Origin: Candidatus Eremiobacteria bacterium
Lineage (GTDB): Bacteria; Vulcanimicrobiota; Vulcanimicrobiia; Vulcanimicrobiales; Vulcanimicrobiaceae
Direction of reading: 5' to 3'
Assembly (NCBI GenBank): GCA_963737065.1
Contig: CAVTRC010000001.1
Location: 256,001-320,000 of the forward strand
Length of the DNA: 64,000 bases
Position numbers and translations under genes: made by a program. This document shows, piece by piece, positions 36,971-46,361 of this stretch (position 1 is the stretch's first letter; the number at the start of each line of letters is the position of its first letter). The notes below the pieces were generated by a model. The model was not told the DNA's origin, made no database searches, and saw only the letters and a program-made list of their open reading frames with translations.

Positions 36971-38302
36971 CTATGGCCTAACGCGCTTGCCGGGCAGATC
37001 CTGGCCGTTCTGATGGAGGACGAGTGACGTGACTTTGCCCGATGCATCGCGGCTGAACGTTACCGTCGCGTCGACTTCCTTGATGCGCCAGCGATCTCCA
37101 GCCTCTCGCACGAGCGTGAAGCGGGACTGTCCTGTGGCTTGTCCGTACAGCGTGCCGTTTTCTTCGAAGATCGTGATTCTGAAGTTCGGCGCGAGCTCGT
37201 ACACGCCGACATAGGGAGAATTGCCGCGGGGTGCCGGCGGACCTTCGACGGGCGGCACCTTCGGTATTACGGATGGCTCGAGGAGGTGCGTACCGAGGGC
37301 CGTGACATTGTTATTCGCAACGTTGCTCAGAACCACGACGCCGACGTCGCCGCTAAATCCGATGAAGCTGGTGTAGCCGCCCGTTTCACCGTTATGCCAT
37401 GTGACGCCGCCGTTGCTCGTCATCCACACAAGACCGATGCGCGAAGGCGTTCCGAGCGCGATCGGTACGCGCGGCATGTGAGCCATCGCAATTGCGGCGC
37501 CTAGACTGCCCTGCGGCGCCTGCATGTTCGCCTGAAGGTACTTCAGCATATCGGCGATGGTTGAATTGATTGCACCGGCGCCCGCGGTAGCGTCGGTAAA
37601 CGTCCACGGTGACGCAGCCGAAAGGTCCTCGGCAAAGCCCGGCATCATCTTCGAACGCAGCGCCGGCGTTAGCACTGCGGCCGTCGACGTCATGCCGAGC
37701 GGTTTGAAGATCGACTGCTGCACGAGCGCATCATACGATGCGGCCTTCGCGCGATTGACCAGCAGCTGCCCGAGTAAGCCGACGCCGAGGTTCGAGTATT
37801 CGTACTGCGCACCGGGCGCGCGCGTCAGCGTATAGCCGTTGAGAAAGTCGTAGAGCCGCTGCGTCGTGTAGTCCGCGTACGGATCGTTCGCATCCGCGGG
37901 ACTGAGGTTGTCGGGTAAGCGCGGGAGTCCGGAGTTTTGCTCGGCAAGATTCAGCAGCGATATCGACTTGCCGTGATACTGCGGCGCTTTGACGTTCGCG
38001 GGCAGAAAGAGCGAGATGGGATCGGAAAGCGAGACGCGTTTCGCAAGCACCATCTCTGCAAGCACCGTCGCGGTGAACGTCTTGCTGATCGAACCGATTT
38101 GGAACTCGGTGTTCTCATCGAATTTCGGCGCGCCCGGCTGCGGTGAGCCGGCGTAGTATACGTGCGTGGCTCCGCGTTCGACGGTTCCAACGACCGTTAC
38201 AACGCCGTGCGCTTTGGCGACGAAGGCATCGATCGTCTCTTGAATCGCTGCCGGTGGCGGCAACCCGACCGCGACGGCAAGCACGACGGTAGTGAGAAAC
38301 AT
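36971..38302 (-). CDS. Serine hydrolase (class C beta-lactamase/PBP-like) with C-terminal DUF3471-like domain
   Basis: FQIGSISK (SxxK), YSN, WHNG.TGG; AGGAG SD. Confidence 0.9.
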   Translation of the reverse strand: MFLTTVVLAVAVGLPPPAAIQETIDAFVAKAHGVVTVVGTVERGATHVYYAGSPQPGAPKFDENTEFQIGSISKTFTATVLAEMVLAKRVSLSDPISLFLPANVKAPQYHGKSISLLNLAEQNSGLPRLPDNLSPADANDPYADYTTQRLYDFLNGYTLTRAPGAQYEYSNLGVGLLGQLLVNRAKAASYDALVQQSIFKPLGMTSTAAVLTPALRSKMMPGFAEDLSAASPWTFTDATAGAGAINSTIADMLKYLQANMQAPQGSLGAAIAMAHMPRVPIALGTPSRIGLVWMTSNGGVTWHNGETGGYTSFIGFSGDVGVVVLSNVANNNVTALGTHLLEPSVIPKVPPVEGPPAPRGNSPYVGVYELAPNFRITIFEENGTLYGQATGQSRFTLVREAGDRWRIKEVDATVTFSRDASGKVTSLVLHQNGQDLPGKRVRP

Positions 38303-38471
38303 ACGGCTCCTTTCTCTTCGATGCTGCGGCACCCGCGTCGATGCACCCCCGGCCAAGTTCACGTTCCGGATATGCCGGTCGAGTGCGATTGGAACGAACC
38401 GCCGGTACACTTCGCGCCTCGTATGGCTCTTTGGTAGAGGTCATCGAGTTCAGCGGTCATATAACGGAAAC

Positions 38472-39051
38472 ATGCGTTCAAAAGCCTGTTTTTTACCCGA
38501 CTCGTGCATTTCGACTTACCTACTCGTCACGTTCTTATCGACGGTCATCTGCATACAGCCGGTATGCGCGAATGAATCCCGTTCGGGATACGCGCCCACA
38601 AGCGCGAACGTCGAAGCTCGCGCTACGGGCGGCATATCGATCGCAATGTCAGGATGGCTTAACCGGCCGATTCGATCGTTTGCGTCAAACGATGGCGCCT
38701 GGATACGTCAATATCGACGTTGCGGGAAATCGCGCGACTGCGGAGCGGACGGTTCGAGACTCGGAGGCGTCGTTCAAGCAATATAAAATTGAATCGTGCG
38801 CGACGCGGATTCTCACGAGCGAGCAACGTGGTAACAAGATCGTCACGACGATTATCGAGCAGACGCGCGGCAAGGTACCTGCGGGGCATACATTGGCCCC
38901 GTTAGATATTTCGCAAAAGATGAACGACGCTTGGATTCGACAGGCCGACGGGTCATTGAAGATCGCGTCGTCCTCCACGATTGAATTGACCGTCCGTGTA
39001 AACGGTAAGGTCGTTCAGCACGCGATGGCAGCCGCAAAGCCCCGCATTTGA
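38472..39051 (+). CDS. Exported NTF2/DUF4440-like protein, apparently frameshifted near 38613
   Basis: Signal-like N-terminus in one frame and an NTF2-like body (MAPGY..DAWIRQADGSLKI) in another. Confidence 0.45.
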
Positions 39052-39072
39052 GGCTGCATTCGTATCAAACGG

Positions 39073-39708
39073 TCATTGCGTTCTTGTGATGGTTACGCCT
39101 TGCGTTGCGATATCGATTTCGTCGGGGACGAGCGTCGTGGGACTGTACCAGACGGTAAATGGCGCGTGCTGCGACTGAAACGAAAGCGCGACGTCGCTTG
39201 CGGGCACTGAGGCCGGGCGCGTTGGCGTTTGTTTGGTATCGGGCGCGATCACGATCGACTGCCCGAATGACGGAACGACGGCGCAGACGCTGGCGTTCTG
39301 CCACGCTTGCATTTGCGCCGGAAGCGGCACAAAGCCCGCAACGGTGCCGAGATCGACGACGACAAAGTGCTTCTGCTGCGGCGTCAATTTGAATGTCGCC
39401 GCCGTTCCCTGCGCGTTGGTCACTTGCGCCGTATCGCCGGATACCGTCGCCGAATCGGAAACGGGGTTGCCGGCCATCGTTCCGGTTGCCTTGTAACTCT
39501 CCGGCGATAAGTCGGCGTTGAGCACCAGCGTCGCGCTCGCGTTGCCCGAGGTCCCGCTGTACGAACCGGCGGTCTGTTCGCTGACTTGCATCGATCCATT
39601 ACTGCTCGTGACCGTGACTTTCGACGTGCCGACGTCGACACCGTGATATGACGTTTTATAAGTATAGCTGCCGGCGGCGAGATTCGCCGCTAAAAGAAGA
39701 CCGATCAT
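39073..39708 (-). CDS. Exported hypothetical protein
   Basis: Short signal peptide, beta-rich, GGAGG SD. Confidence 0.7.
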   Translation of the reverse strand: MIGLLLAANLAAGSYTYKTSYHGVDVGTSKVTVTSSNGSMQVSEQTAGSYSGTSGNASATLVLNADLSPESYKATGTMAGNPVSDSATVSGDTAQVTNAQGTAATFKLTPQQKHFVVVDLGTVAGFVPLPAQMQAWQNASVCAVVPSFGQSIVIAPDTKQTPTRPASVPASDVALSFQSQHAPFTVWYSPTTLVPDEIDIATQGVTITRTQ

Positions 39709-40829
39709 TCTACCTCCGAAACGAGCGTCAACAGGCGATCGATATCGTCCATCGAGTTGTATCCATGCGGTGCGACGCGAATACCGCTTGCCCGCCATGT
39801 GGTGATGACGCCCTCGCGCTGGAGCGCTTTTCCGAGCGCAACACTGTCGCGCCCCGGCATGATGAACGTTACGATGCCCGAGGAAATTCCCGGCCCTCGC
39901 ATCGTCAGAATATTCGCGCCTCGTTCGCGGAGTCCGTCACACAAGCGATCGGTTAACGAGAGAACGTGCGATGCGATTGCATCGGGACGCGCTTCTTCGA
40001 TTGCATCGATGGAACGTTCGAGCGAGAGAGCGCCGACAAAGTTCGGCGTTCCGCCCTCGAAGCGCGACGCACTTTCCGCATAGGGTTGTTCGTAGTTCAG
40101 AAAGTCCCAGATGTCGCTCATCGAACGCCAACCCGGCGCGCCCAGCAACAGCTTCTCGAGGAGGGTCGCGCGGACGTACGCGAAGCTCACACCCTGTAAC
40201 GCAAGCAGCCACTTTGCGCCACCGGCGTACAGCACGTCGATTCCCATCGCGCGCACGTCGAGCGGAAACGCGCCCAGACCTTGAATCGCGTCGACGCAAA
40301 ACAGCGCACCGCGCGCGTGCGCGATTTCCGCGAGCGCGGCGAGATCGTGACGGTAGCCGTCGGCGAACGATACCCACGATACCGCGACGACGCGCGTGCG
40401 ATCCGTCATCTCGCGCCGGAGCACCTCGGGCGTCATGCGCTCGCGCGCGCTCGCAATCAGGCGAACGTTGACGCCGTTACGCCGAAGCGCAAACCAGGGA
40501 ATGGCGTTAGCCGGAAATTCATTGTCGGTCAGAAGCACTTCGTCGCCCTCGTGCCAATCGAGACCGAGCGCAATGATATTCGCGCCGTCGCTGGTGTTGC
40601 GCAACACGGCGATCTCCTCGCCGCTTGCGCCGACAAACCGCCCGATGCGTTCGCGAAATTCCGGCATTCTGGCTTCGGTCATGTAGACGCCCATCACGCC
40701 GCCCTCCGCGTGAGCGCACACGAACGCGTCGATCGCTTCACGGGTGCGGCGAGGTAATACGCCCACCGCTGCATGGTTGAGATACGTGAGGCGTTCGGTT
40801 ACGGCGAATTCGGATCGATCGAGCGGCGT
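39705..40829 (-). CDS. Class V PLP-dependent aminotransferase (cysteine desulfurase-like); start non-canonical or uncertain
   Basis: YLNHAA, NTSDG, DAIQG, GAKWLL, RFEGGT, RVAPHGYN. Confidence 0.88.
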   Translation of the reverse strand, partial: TPLDRSEFAVTERLTYLNHAAVGVLPRRTREAIDAFVCAHAEGGVMGVYMTEARMPEFRERIGRFVGASGEEIAVLRNTSDGANIIALGLDWHEGDEVLLTDNEFPANAIPWFALRRNGVNVRLIASARERMTPEVLRREMTDRTRVVAVSWVSFADGYRHDLAALAEIAHARGALFCVDAIQGLGAFPLDVRAMGIDVLYAGGAKWLLALQGVSFAYVRATLLEKLLLGAPGWRSMSDIWDFLNYEQPYAESASRFEGGTPNFVGALSLERSIDAIEEARPDAIASHVLSLTDRLCDGLRERGANILTMRGPGISSGIVTFIMPGRDSVALGKALQREGVITTWRASGIRVAPHGYNSMDDIDRLLTLVSEVE

Positions 40830-40850
40830 ACGTTTCGCTCGTTGGACAGG

Positions 40851-41486
40851 TCACGCGGGTCCGATCATATCCTTCGTATGCCACGCGATGTTGCCGGCGC
40901 GATCGCCAACGCGTTCGAGCGAGGCGAGAATGAACAAGAATCGCGTGCCCGAACGCACCAGCTCGGGATCCTGCTGCATCTCTTCTTGCAACAGTTTGAT
41001 GCTGCGCTTGTAGAGCTTGTCCACTTCATCGTCCCGATCGATTACTTGGCTTGCGAGGTTCGAGTCACGCTCGGTGTACGCACGCATCACATCGAGCAGC
41101 ATGCCGTGCGCGACGCTCGCGATACGATCGATCTCGACTTTATGCGGACGCAGCGGCTGATCCGCGAGTTTGATCGCATTTTTTGAAATGTCGACGGCGT
41201 AGTCGCCGATGCGCTCGAGGTCGGTTGCAATTTCGAGCATTGCCGCGATTTCGCGCAACTCGCTAGCGACCGGCTGCTGACGCCAAATCAATTCGATACA
41301 ATTCGATTCGATCCGGCGGCGAAGATCGTCGATGGCATCATCGCCTGCGACGACGCGCGCGCCTGCGGTTGCATCGCGGCGATCGAGCGATTCAACGGCG
41401 ACGCGAATGGCATCTCCGCAAAGCGCGCCCAAGCGAACCACGTCCAAACGTGTAGATTCGAGTGCTTCGTGGTAAGCCGTACGCAC
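40851..41486 (-). CDS. phoU: Phosphate signalling complex protein
   Basis: QQPVASELR, DLERIGD, DDEVD, LERVGDRAGNIA; AAGGAG SD before a GTG. Confidence 0.95.
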   Translation of the reverse strand: MRTAYHEALESTRLDVVRLGALCGDAIRVAVESLDRRDATAGARVVAGDDAIDDLRRRIESNCIELIWRQQPVASELREIAAMLEIATDLERIGDYAVDISKNAIKLADQPLRPHKVEIDRIASVAHGMLLDVMRAYTERDSNLASQVIDRDDEVDKLYKRSIKLLQEEMQQDPELVRSGTRFLFILASLERVGDRAGNIAWHTKDMIGPA

Positions 41487-41588
41487 CGCTTCGTTGTCCT
41501 CCTTTACGAGCAAAGGTGAGTCTACCGCATGGCAGAAAAAGCCCCTGCGCTCTTTATATAACCATAAGATGGGCTAGGAGAATCGTTT

Positions 41589-42443
41589 TTGGCACAGATT
41601 CGAACGGTCGGCGTTTGCGGCGCCGGCCTCATGGGCAACGGCATCGCGCAGACGTGCGCTGCGGCCGGTTTCAATGTCGTACTCATGGAGGTCGCCGACG
41701 AACCGCTTAAGCGTGGTATCGCGACGATTACGAAATCGCTCGACAAATTCGTGGAGAAAGGGAAGCTGAGCGCGGCCGACCGCGATGCGACGATCGGGCG
41801 AATCAAGGGGACAACGAGCACCGGCGACCTCAAAGATTGCGATCTCGTGATCGAGGCGATCGTGGAAAACGTCGACGTAAAGACCGCGTTGTTCCAACAG
41901 CTCGACGAATTGCTCGCGCCGCACGGTATCATCTGCACCAATACGTCGAGTCTGTGCGTGATCGAACTCGCCGCAAAGACGCGCCGGCCGAACCGCGTCG
42001 CGGGACTACATTTCTTCAACCCGGTTCCCATCATGAAACTCGTTGAAGTCGTAAAGACGATCGCGACGACGCAAGATGTGATTGACGATCTCTTTGCATT
42101 TGCCAGGGCGCTCGGCAAAGAACCGATTCTCGCCCAAGATACGCCGGGCTTTGTGGTCAACCGGCTGCTGATCCCGTATCTGCTCTACGCAATTCGGTGT
42201 CTCGAAGCGGGGCTCGCGACGAAAGAAGACATCGACAAGGGCATGAAGCTCGGCTGCGGCTATCCGATGGGACCGTTGGAACTGCTCGATTTCGTCGGGT
42301 TGGATACGACGTATTACATCGCGGAGATCATGTTCGACGAGTTCAAGGATCCGATTATGGCGGCGCCACCGCTGCTCAAGCGCATGGTGCTTGCCGGACG
42401 TTACGGCCGCAAGAGCGGCAAGGGCTTCTACGACTATGCCTGA
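41589..42443 (+). CDS. 3-hydroxybutyryl/3-hydroxyacyl-CoA dehydrogenase
   Basis: GAGLMGNGIA, EAIVE, NTSS, GLHFFNP, PMGP. Confidence 0.95.
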   Translation: MAQIRTVGVCGAGLMGNGIAQTCAAAGFNVVLMEVADEPLKRGIATITKSLDKFVEKGKLSAADRDATIGRIKGTTSTGDLKDCDLVIEAIVENVDVKTALFQQLDELLAPHGIICTNTSSLCVIELAAKTRRPNRVAGLHFFNPVPIMKLVEVVKTIATTQDVIDDLFAFARALGKEPILAQDTPGFVVNRLLIPYLLYAIRCLEAGLATKEDIDKGMKLGCGYPMGPLELLDFVGLDTTYYIAEIMFDEFKDPIMAAPPLLKRMVLAGRYGRKSGKGFYDYA

Positions 42444-43224
42444 ATCGGAAAATATACTCGTCGAGCGCGACGGCGCGGTCGCTGTAATCACACTGAACCG
42501 TCCCAGCGTGCTCAACGCGCTCAACGCCGCGCTGCTGGACGAAGTTTCCACCGCACTCCACGAACTCGAACGCGATGATGCAACTCGCGCGGTTGTCATT
42601 ACGGGCGCGGGCGATAGAGCGTTCGCTGCGGGTGCAGATATCGCCGAATTGAACGCGCTGAAGAATGCGATCGACGGTGCGGACAAAGCGCGCACGGGAC
42701 AGTTGCTGACGCTGCAGATCGAACGCATGAACACACCGGTGATCGTGGCGGTCAACGGATTCGCGCTCGGAGGCGGATGTGAACTCGCGATGGCAGGCGA
42801 CATTCGCATTGCGAGTGAGAAGGCGAAATTCGGCCAGCCGGAAGTCAACCTCGGACTCATTCCCGGTTACGGCGGCTCGCAGCGCACGACGCGTTTGGTC
42901 GGAAAAGGCATGGCGATGTTTCTCTGTCTCAGCGGAGAGATCATCGACGCGCAAACAGCGCTGCGCATCGGACTGGTCGATCGCGTCGTTCCGCATGACG
43001 AACTGATGCCGGCATCAAAGCGACTTGCGAGCACGATCGCGGAGAAAGCACCGCTTGCAATAGCGGCGTGCAAACACGCGATCAACGCCGGCGCGCATCT
43101 TTCGATGGAAGACGCACTGGAGTTCGAGGCGCTCGCGTTCGGCACGTTAGTCGCCACGAACGATTTCCGTGAAGGGACCGGCGCGTTTCTCGAAAAGCGA
43201 AAACCGGCCTGGACGGCTAGCTGA
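42436..43224 (+). CDS. Enoyl-CoA hydratase
   Basis: FAAGADI, GGGCELA, FGQPEVNLG. Confidence 0.95.
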   Translation: MPESENILVERDGAVAVITLNRPSVLNALNAALLDEVSTALHELERDDATRAVVITGAGDRAFAAGADIAELNALKNAIDGADKARTGQLLTLQIERMNTPVIVAVNGFALGGGCELAMAGDIRIASEKAKFGQPEVNLGLIPGYGGSQRTTRLVGKGMAMFLCLSGEIIDAQTALRIGLVDRVVPHDELMPASKRLASTIAEKAPLAIAACKHAINAGAHLSMEDALEFEALAFGTLVATNDFREGTGAFLEKRKPAWTAS

Positions 43225-43491
43225 GAACAGCGTCCGCCTGCGCCGCGCCATCTTCTTCCTGGTGATGGGGAGCAAGCGCTGGAATTCTATCGCTCGTCCC
43301 TCGGCGGCGCGGTGACCAGCGCGCGTTATAAGGATGCATCACCCGAAATGACGCCAGACGCCTCGTACGATGACAAGGTCATGTACGGAACGCTTCAATC
43401 GCCGTACGGCAAGGTCAGTGCGATGGACGCGCCTCCGGAGCGTGCCGGTCGAAGCTGCGGACTAGCAGCCGTCACGTCGACGTTTACGTGA
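43225..43491 (+). pseudogene. Remnant of a VOC/PhnB-family gene
   Basis: Frame reads PGDGEQALEFYRSSLGG..DDKVMYGTL..AMD; no start codon ahead of the conserved segment and no C-terminal half. Confidence 0.6.
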
Positions 43492-43506
43492 GCGTCTACC
43501 TGATAC

Positions 43507-44469
43507 ATGGGCACATTGCGCACCGTCGTTGCCTGGCTCGGTGCATCGACCTTGGGGTTAGTTAGCGGACTTCCTCATGTGACGTTGGCCGATGACGCCG
43601 GGCCGGGCAAGGAGGTGCGCGCGATTCGCCATGACTTGCCGCTCATTTTGAAGGGCCAATTACAGCAGCCGTATAGCACGGACGCAAACGTTCAGATCGA
43701 GGACGTCGTGGTGAGCGGCTCCAGTGCGCTCGTTCAATGGCGATCGGCGTCCGCTGAGCGAGTCGGTTATCTCACCCGCCGCTATAAAACATGGTGGCTC
43801 AGCAATGAACTCTATATCGGCGACGCCGGCGCGTTCACGCTGAACGAACATTCGTCGTACGGGCCGACGAATTGGTTTCTTGCTCGTGCTTTTGGCGCGC
43901 CCGTCCCGCTCATTGATCTTGCCGCTGAATCCCTTGCCGCGGTGAAGACGGCAAACGCGCGTCCGACGAAATGCGGAGCGCGGAATGCACAACTCGTCGA
44001 GCCGTGTTCCATCGGTGAAGGGATCTTTCCACTTCTTTCCACGACGCTCTACCCGGGGCGTCGTGCGCAACCGCTAATCGTGGGCGACGGATATCAGATG
44101 CGGTTAGTTTTCGCGTCGAACGACGCGCACCCGGATGCGACGCTCGTAAACGCCGCCAGCCGTGCACCGACCGAAGCGGAGAGTTGGATGACGCCCGGCG
44201 GAAATAGCTATTTTTTCTTCAGCGGCACGGTGGAATCGGATGCGCCAATTCACGTCAGTGCCGGCACGGCGATCGATGTGTGGTTTCCCTTTTTGCTCGC
44301 TCCGTCGCTGTACTACGGCTTGACGATTGCGCATGCGGATAAGCCGGTCGGACCGATCGATGGGACGTTGAGCGACAATGTCGTGCACTTCGTGCTGCCG
44401 GCGTTGACGTTGCTCCCCGGCGCGACGCTGATGGGAGAAATCGAGGGCGATTCGTTCCGGCACGAGTAG
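43507..44469 (+). CDS. Exported hypothetical protein
   Basis: 320 aa with a signal-like N-terminus. Confidence 0.7.
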   Translation: MGTLRTVVAWLGASTLGLVSGLPHVTLADDAGPGKEVRAIRHDLPLILKGQLQQPYSTDANVQIEDVVVSGSSALVQWRSASAERVGYLTRRYKTWWLSNELYIGDAGAFTLNEHSSYGPTNWFLARAFGAPVPLIDLAAESLAAVKTANARPTKCGARNAQLVEPCSIGEGIFPLLSTTLYPGRRAQPLIVGDGYQMRLVFASNDAHPDATLVNAASRAPTEAESWMTPGGNSYFFFSGTVESDAPIHVSAGTAIDVWFPFLLAPSLYYGLTIAHADKPVGPIDGTLSDNVVHFVLPALTLLPGATLMGEIEGDSFRHE

Positions 44470-44520
44470 TGCGCGCAGGGGCTGTTTGCTTTACCGCATT
44501 GCGCGGTATCACATCAAGGC

Positions 44521-45822
44521 ATGGCATCGGTTGAGGCTGCAGGGAGCAAGGAACAAACCGGACTGACGGGATGGCGCCGGTGGTTCGACGTCCTCGGCCC
44601 CGGATTGATTACCGGTGCGTCCGATGATGATCCCTCAGGCATCTCAACCTATTCCGTAGCCGGCGCAACTGCCGGCTTTTCGATGCTTTGGCTGATCCTG
44701 ATCACGACGCCGATGATGTCGGTGATTCAAGGAATGTGCGCGCGCATCGGCATGGTTACCGGCGTCGGCTTTGCAACGAACATGCGCAAACGGTTGCCCG
44801 CGTGGATGCTATATCCGCTCGGTGTCGCCGTGATCGGCGCAAACATTCTCAACGCCGGCGCAGACTTGGAAGGGATGGCAGCCTCCGCGCAAATGGTCGC
44901 CGGTTTGCCGCACTGGATCTGGATTCTGCTTTTCGGCGGAATGTTGCTCGTCTTTCAGGTATTTTTCTCGTATCGCAGCATCTCGGCGGTCGTCAAGTGG
45001 CTTACGCTCACGCTCTTTGCGTACATCATCACGGCGTTCATCGTGCACGCTCATTGGGGAGACGTCCTTCGCCATCTCGTCGTGCCGCAAGTCTCGTTCA
45101 ACTCCACGTGGATGACCACCGCCATGGCGGTGCTCGGCACAACAATCACCCCGTATCTCTTCTTTTGGCAGGCGTGTTTGATGGTCGAGGAAGAGAAGGC
45201 GATGGGCCGTGAGACGGTGCGCCAACGACGCGGCGCGACGCAACAAGAGATTACCGACGCGCATCTCGATATCAACAGCGGCATGATCTTTTCTAATCTC
45301 GTCGCGTTTTTCATTATCGTGACGGCCGCCGTGACGCTCAACGCGCACGGGCTGACGCACATTGCGTCCGCACAAGATGCCGCAAAAGCGTTGGAACCAC
45401 TCGCCGGCAAATTCGCATTCCTGTTGTTCACGCTCGGCATGGTTGGTACGGGATTACTCGCGATCCCGGCACTCGTGGGCTCCTCGGCATACGTCGCCGC
45501 GGAATCGTTTCAGTGGAAACACGGCCTCGACTTGCCGATGCGCCGCGCGCCGGGATTTTACAGCGCGCTCATCGCCGGCATGCTTATCGCCATGTTGATC
45601 GGATTCGCGCACGTCAATCCCATCGCGGCGCTTTTTTGGTCGGCAGTGCTCAACGGCATGGTCGCCGTGCCGTTACTTGCGGTGCTCGTTCATTTCGCAA
45701 GCGATCAACGCGTTATGGGAAGATGGCGCAGTTCGCTTGCCGCGCGCATGTGGGGGTGGGCGACGGTAGCCGTCATGGGCGTGGCCGCGATCAGCATCTT
45801 CGTATTCTGGGGTAAGAGTTAG
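44521..45822 (+). CDS. NRAMP-family divalent metal transporter
   Basis: GPGLITGASDDDPSG, GTTITPY, multiple TM helices. Confidence 0.92.
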   Translation: MASVEAAGSKEQTGLTGWRRWFDVLGPGLITGASDDDPSGISTYSVAGATAGFSMLWLILITTPMMSVIQGMCARIGMVTGVGFATNMRKRLPAWMLYPLGVAVIGANILNAGADLEGMAASAQMVAGLPHWIWILLFGGMLLVFQVFFSYRSISAVVKWLTLTLFAYIITAFIVHAHWGDVLRHLVVPQVSFNSTWMTTAMAVLGTTITPYLFFWQACLMVEEEKAMGRETVRQRRGATQQEITDAHLDINSGMIFSNLVAFFIIVTAAVTLNAHGLTHIASAQDAAKALEPLAGKFAFLLFTLGMVGTGLLAIPALVGSSAYVAAESFQWKHGLDLPMRRAPGFYSALIAGMLIAMLIGFAHVNPIAALFWSAVLNGMVAVPLLAVLVHFASDQRVMGRWRSSLAARMWGWATVAVMGVAAISIFVFWGKS

Positions 45823-45826
45823 CCCG

Positions 45827-46357
45827 CTATCGCAATTCCTTTTGTGCGTTCGACATCGCGAGAGCAATGGCGGGGTTGAACCCCGTCCACGTCGCGCGAA
45901 TCAGGCCCTTCGGATCGATGACTACGATCGTCGGGAAGCCTTGAACGTGGAACAAACCTTGCGCGCTGCTCGTCGGGTCGAGGGCAACGTCGAGCAGCTT
46001 GTATGACTTTGCAAAGCGCGCGGCGACGATGGGCGGTTCGCCGACGTCGACCGGCACGACGATCACCTGTGGATGTGAGCGCGCGTAGTGCTCGACCATC
46101 GGCATCTCGAGTTTGCACGGCTCGCACCACGAAGCAAAGAAGTCGAGAAACAGCACGTGTCCGCGCGCGTCGCTGACGTGAAACGTACCGCCGGCGAGCG
46201 TGTGATATGCAATTCGCGGCGCCGGATAGGCGTCGGCGCCTTTGAACGCGCGCGGCGCGATAAAGATTTTCCAGACGACGAAGGCGACGGCGGCGACCGC
46301 AATGACGTCGAGGAAGCGGCCCGGCGTGAGCCACCGTTGCCGCCTCACGCCGGTCAT
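45827..46357 (-). CDS. TlpA/ResA-like thiol-disulfide oxidoreductase
   Basis: N-terminal TM, FFASWCEPCKLEMP, GFPT. Confidence 0.9.
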   Translation of the reverse strand: MTGVRRQRWLTPGRFLDVIAVAAVAFVVWKIFIAPRAFKGADAYPAPRIAYHTLAGGTFHVSDARGHVLFLDFFASWCEPCKLEMPMVEHYARSHPQVIVVPVDVGEPPIVAARFAKSYKLLDVALDPTSSAQGLFHVQGFPTIVVIDPKGLIRATWTGFNPAIALAMSNAQKELR

Positions 46358-46361
46358 CGTG

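Noticed and set aside
36971..38302. Calling the serine hydrolase an antibiotic-resistance beta-lactamase
   Set aside because: The motifs are shared with peptidases and esterases, HNG replaces KTG, and there is no mobile context
40851..40853. Selenocysteine recoding of the phoU TGA
   Set aside because: The position is the normal PhoU C-terminus rather than a catalytic Cys site, and no convincing SECIS is visible
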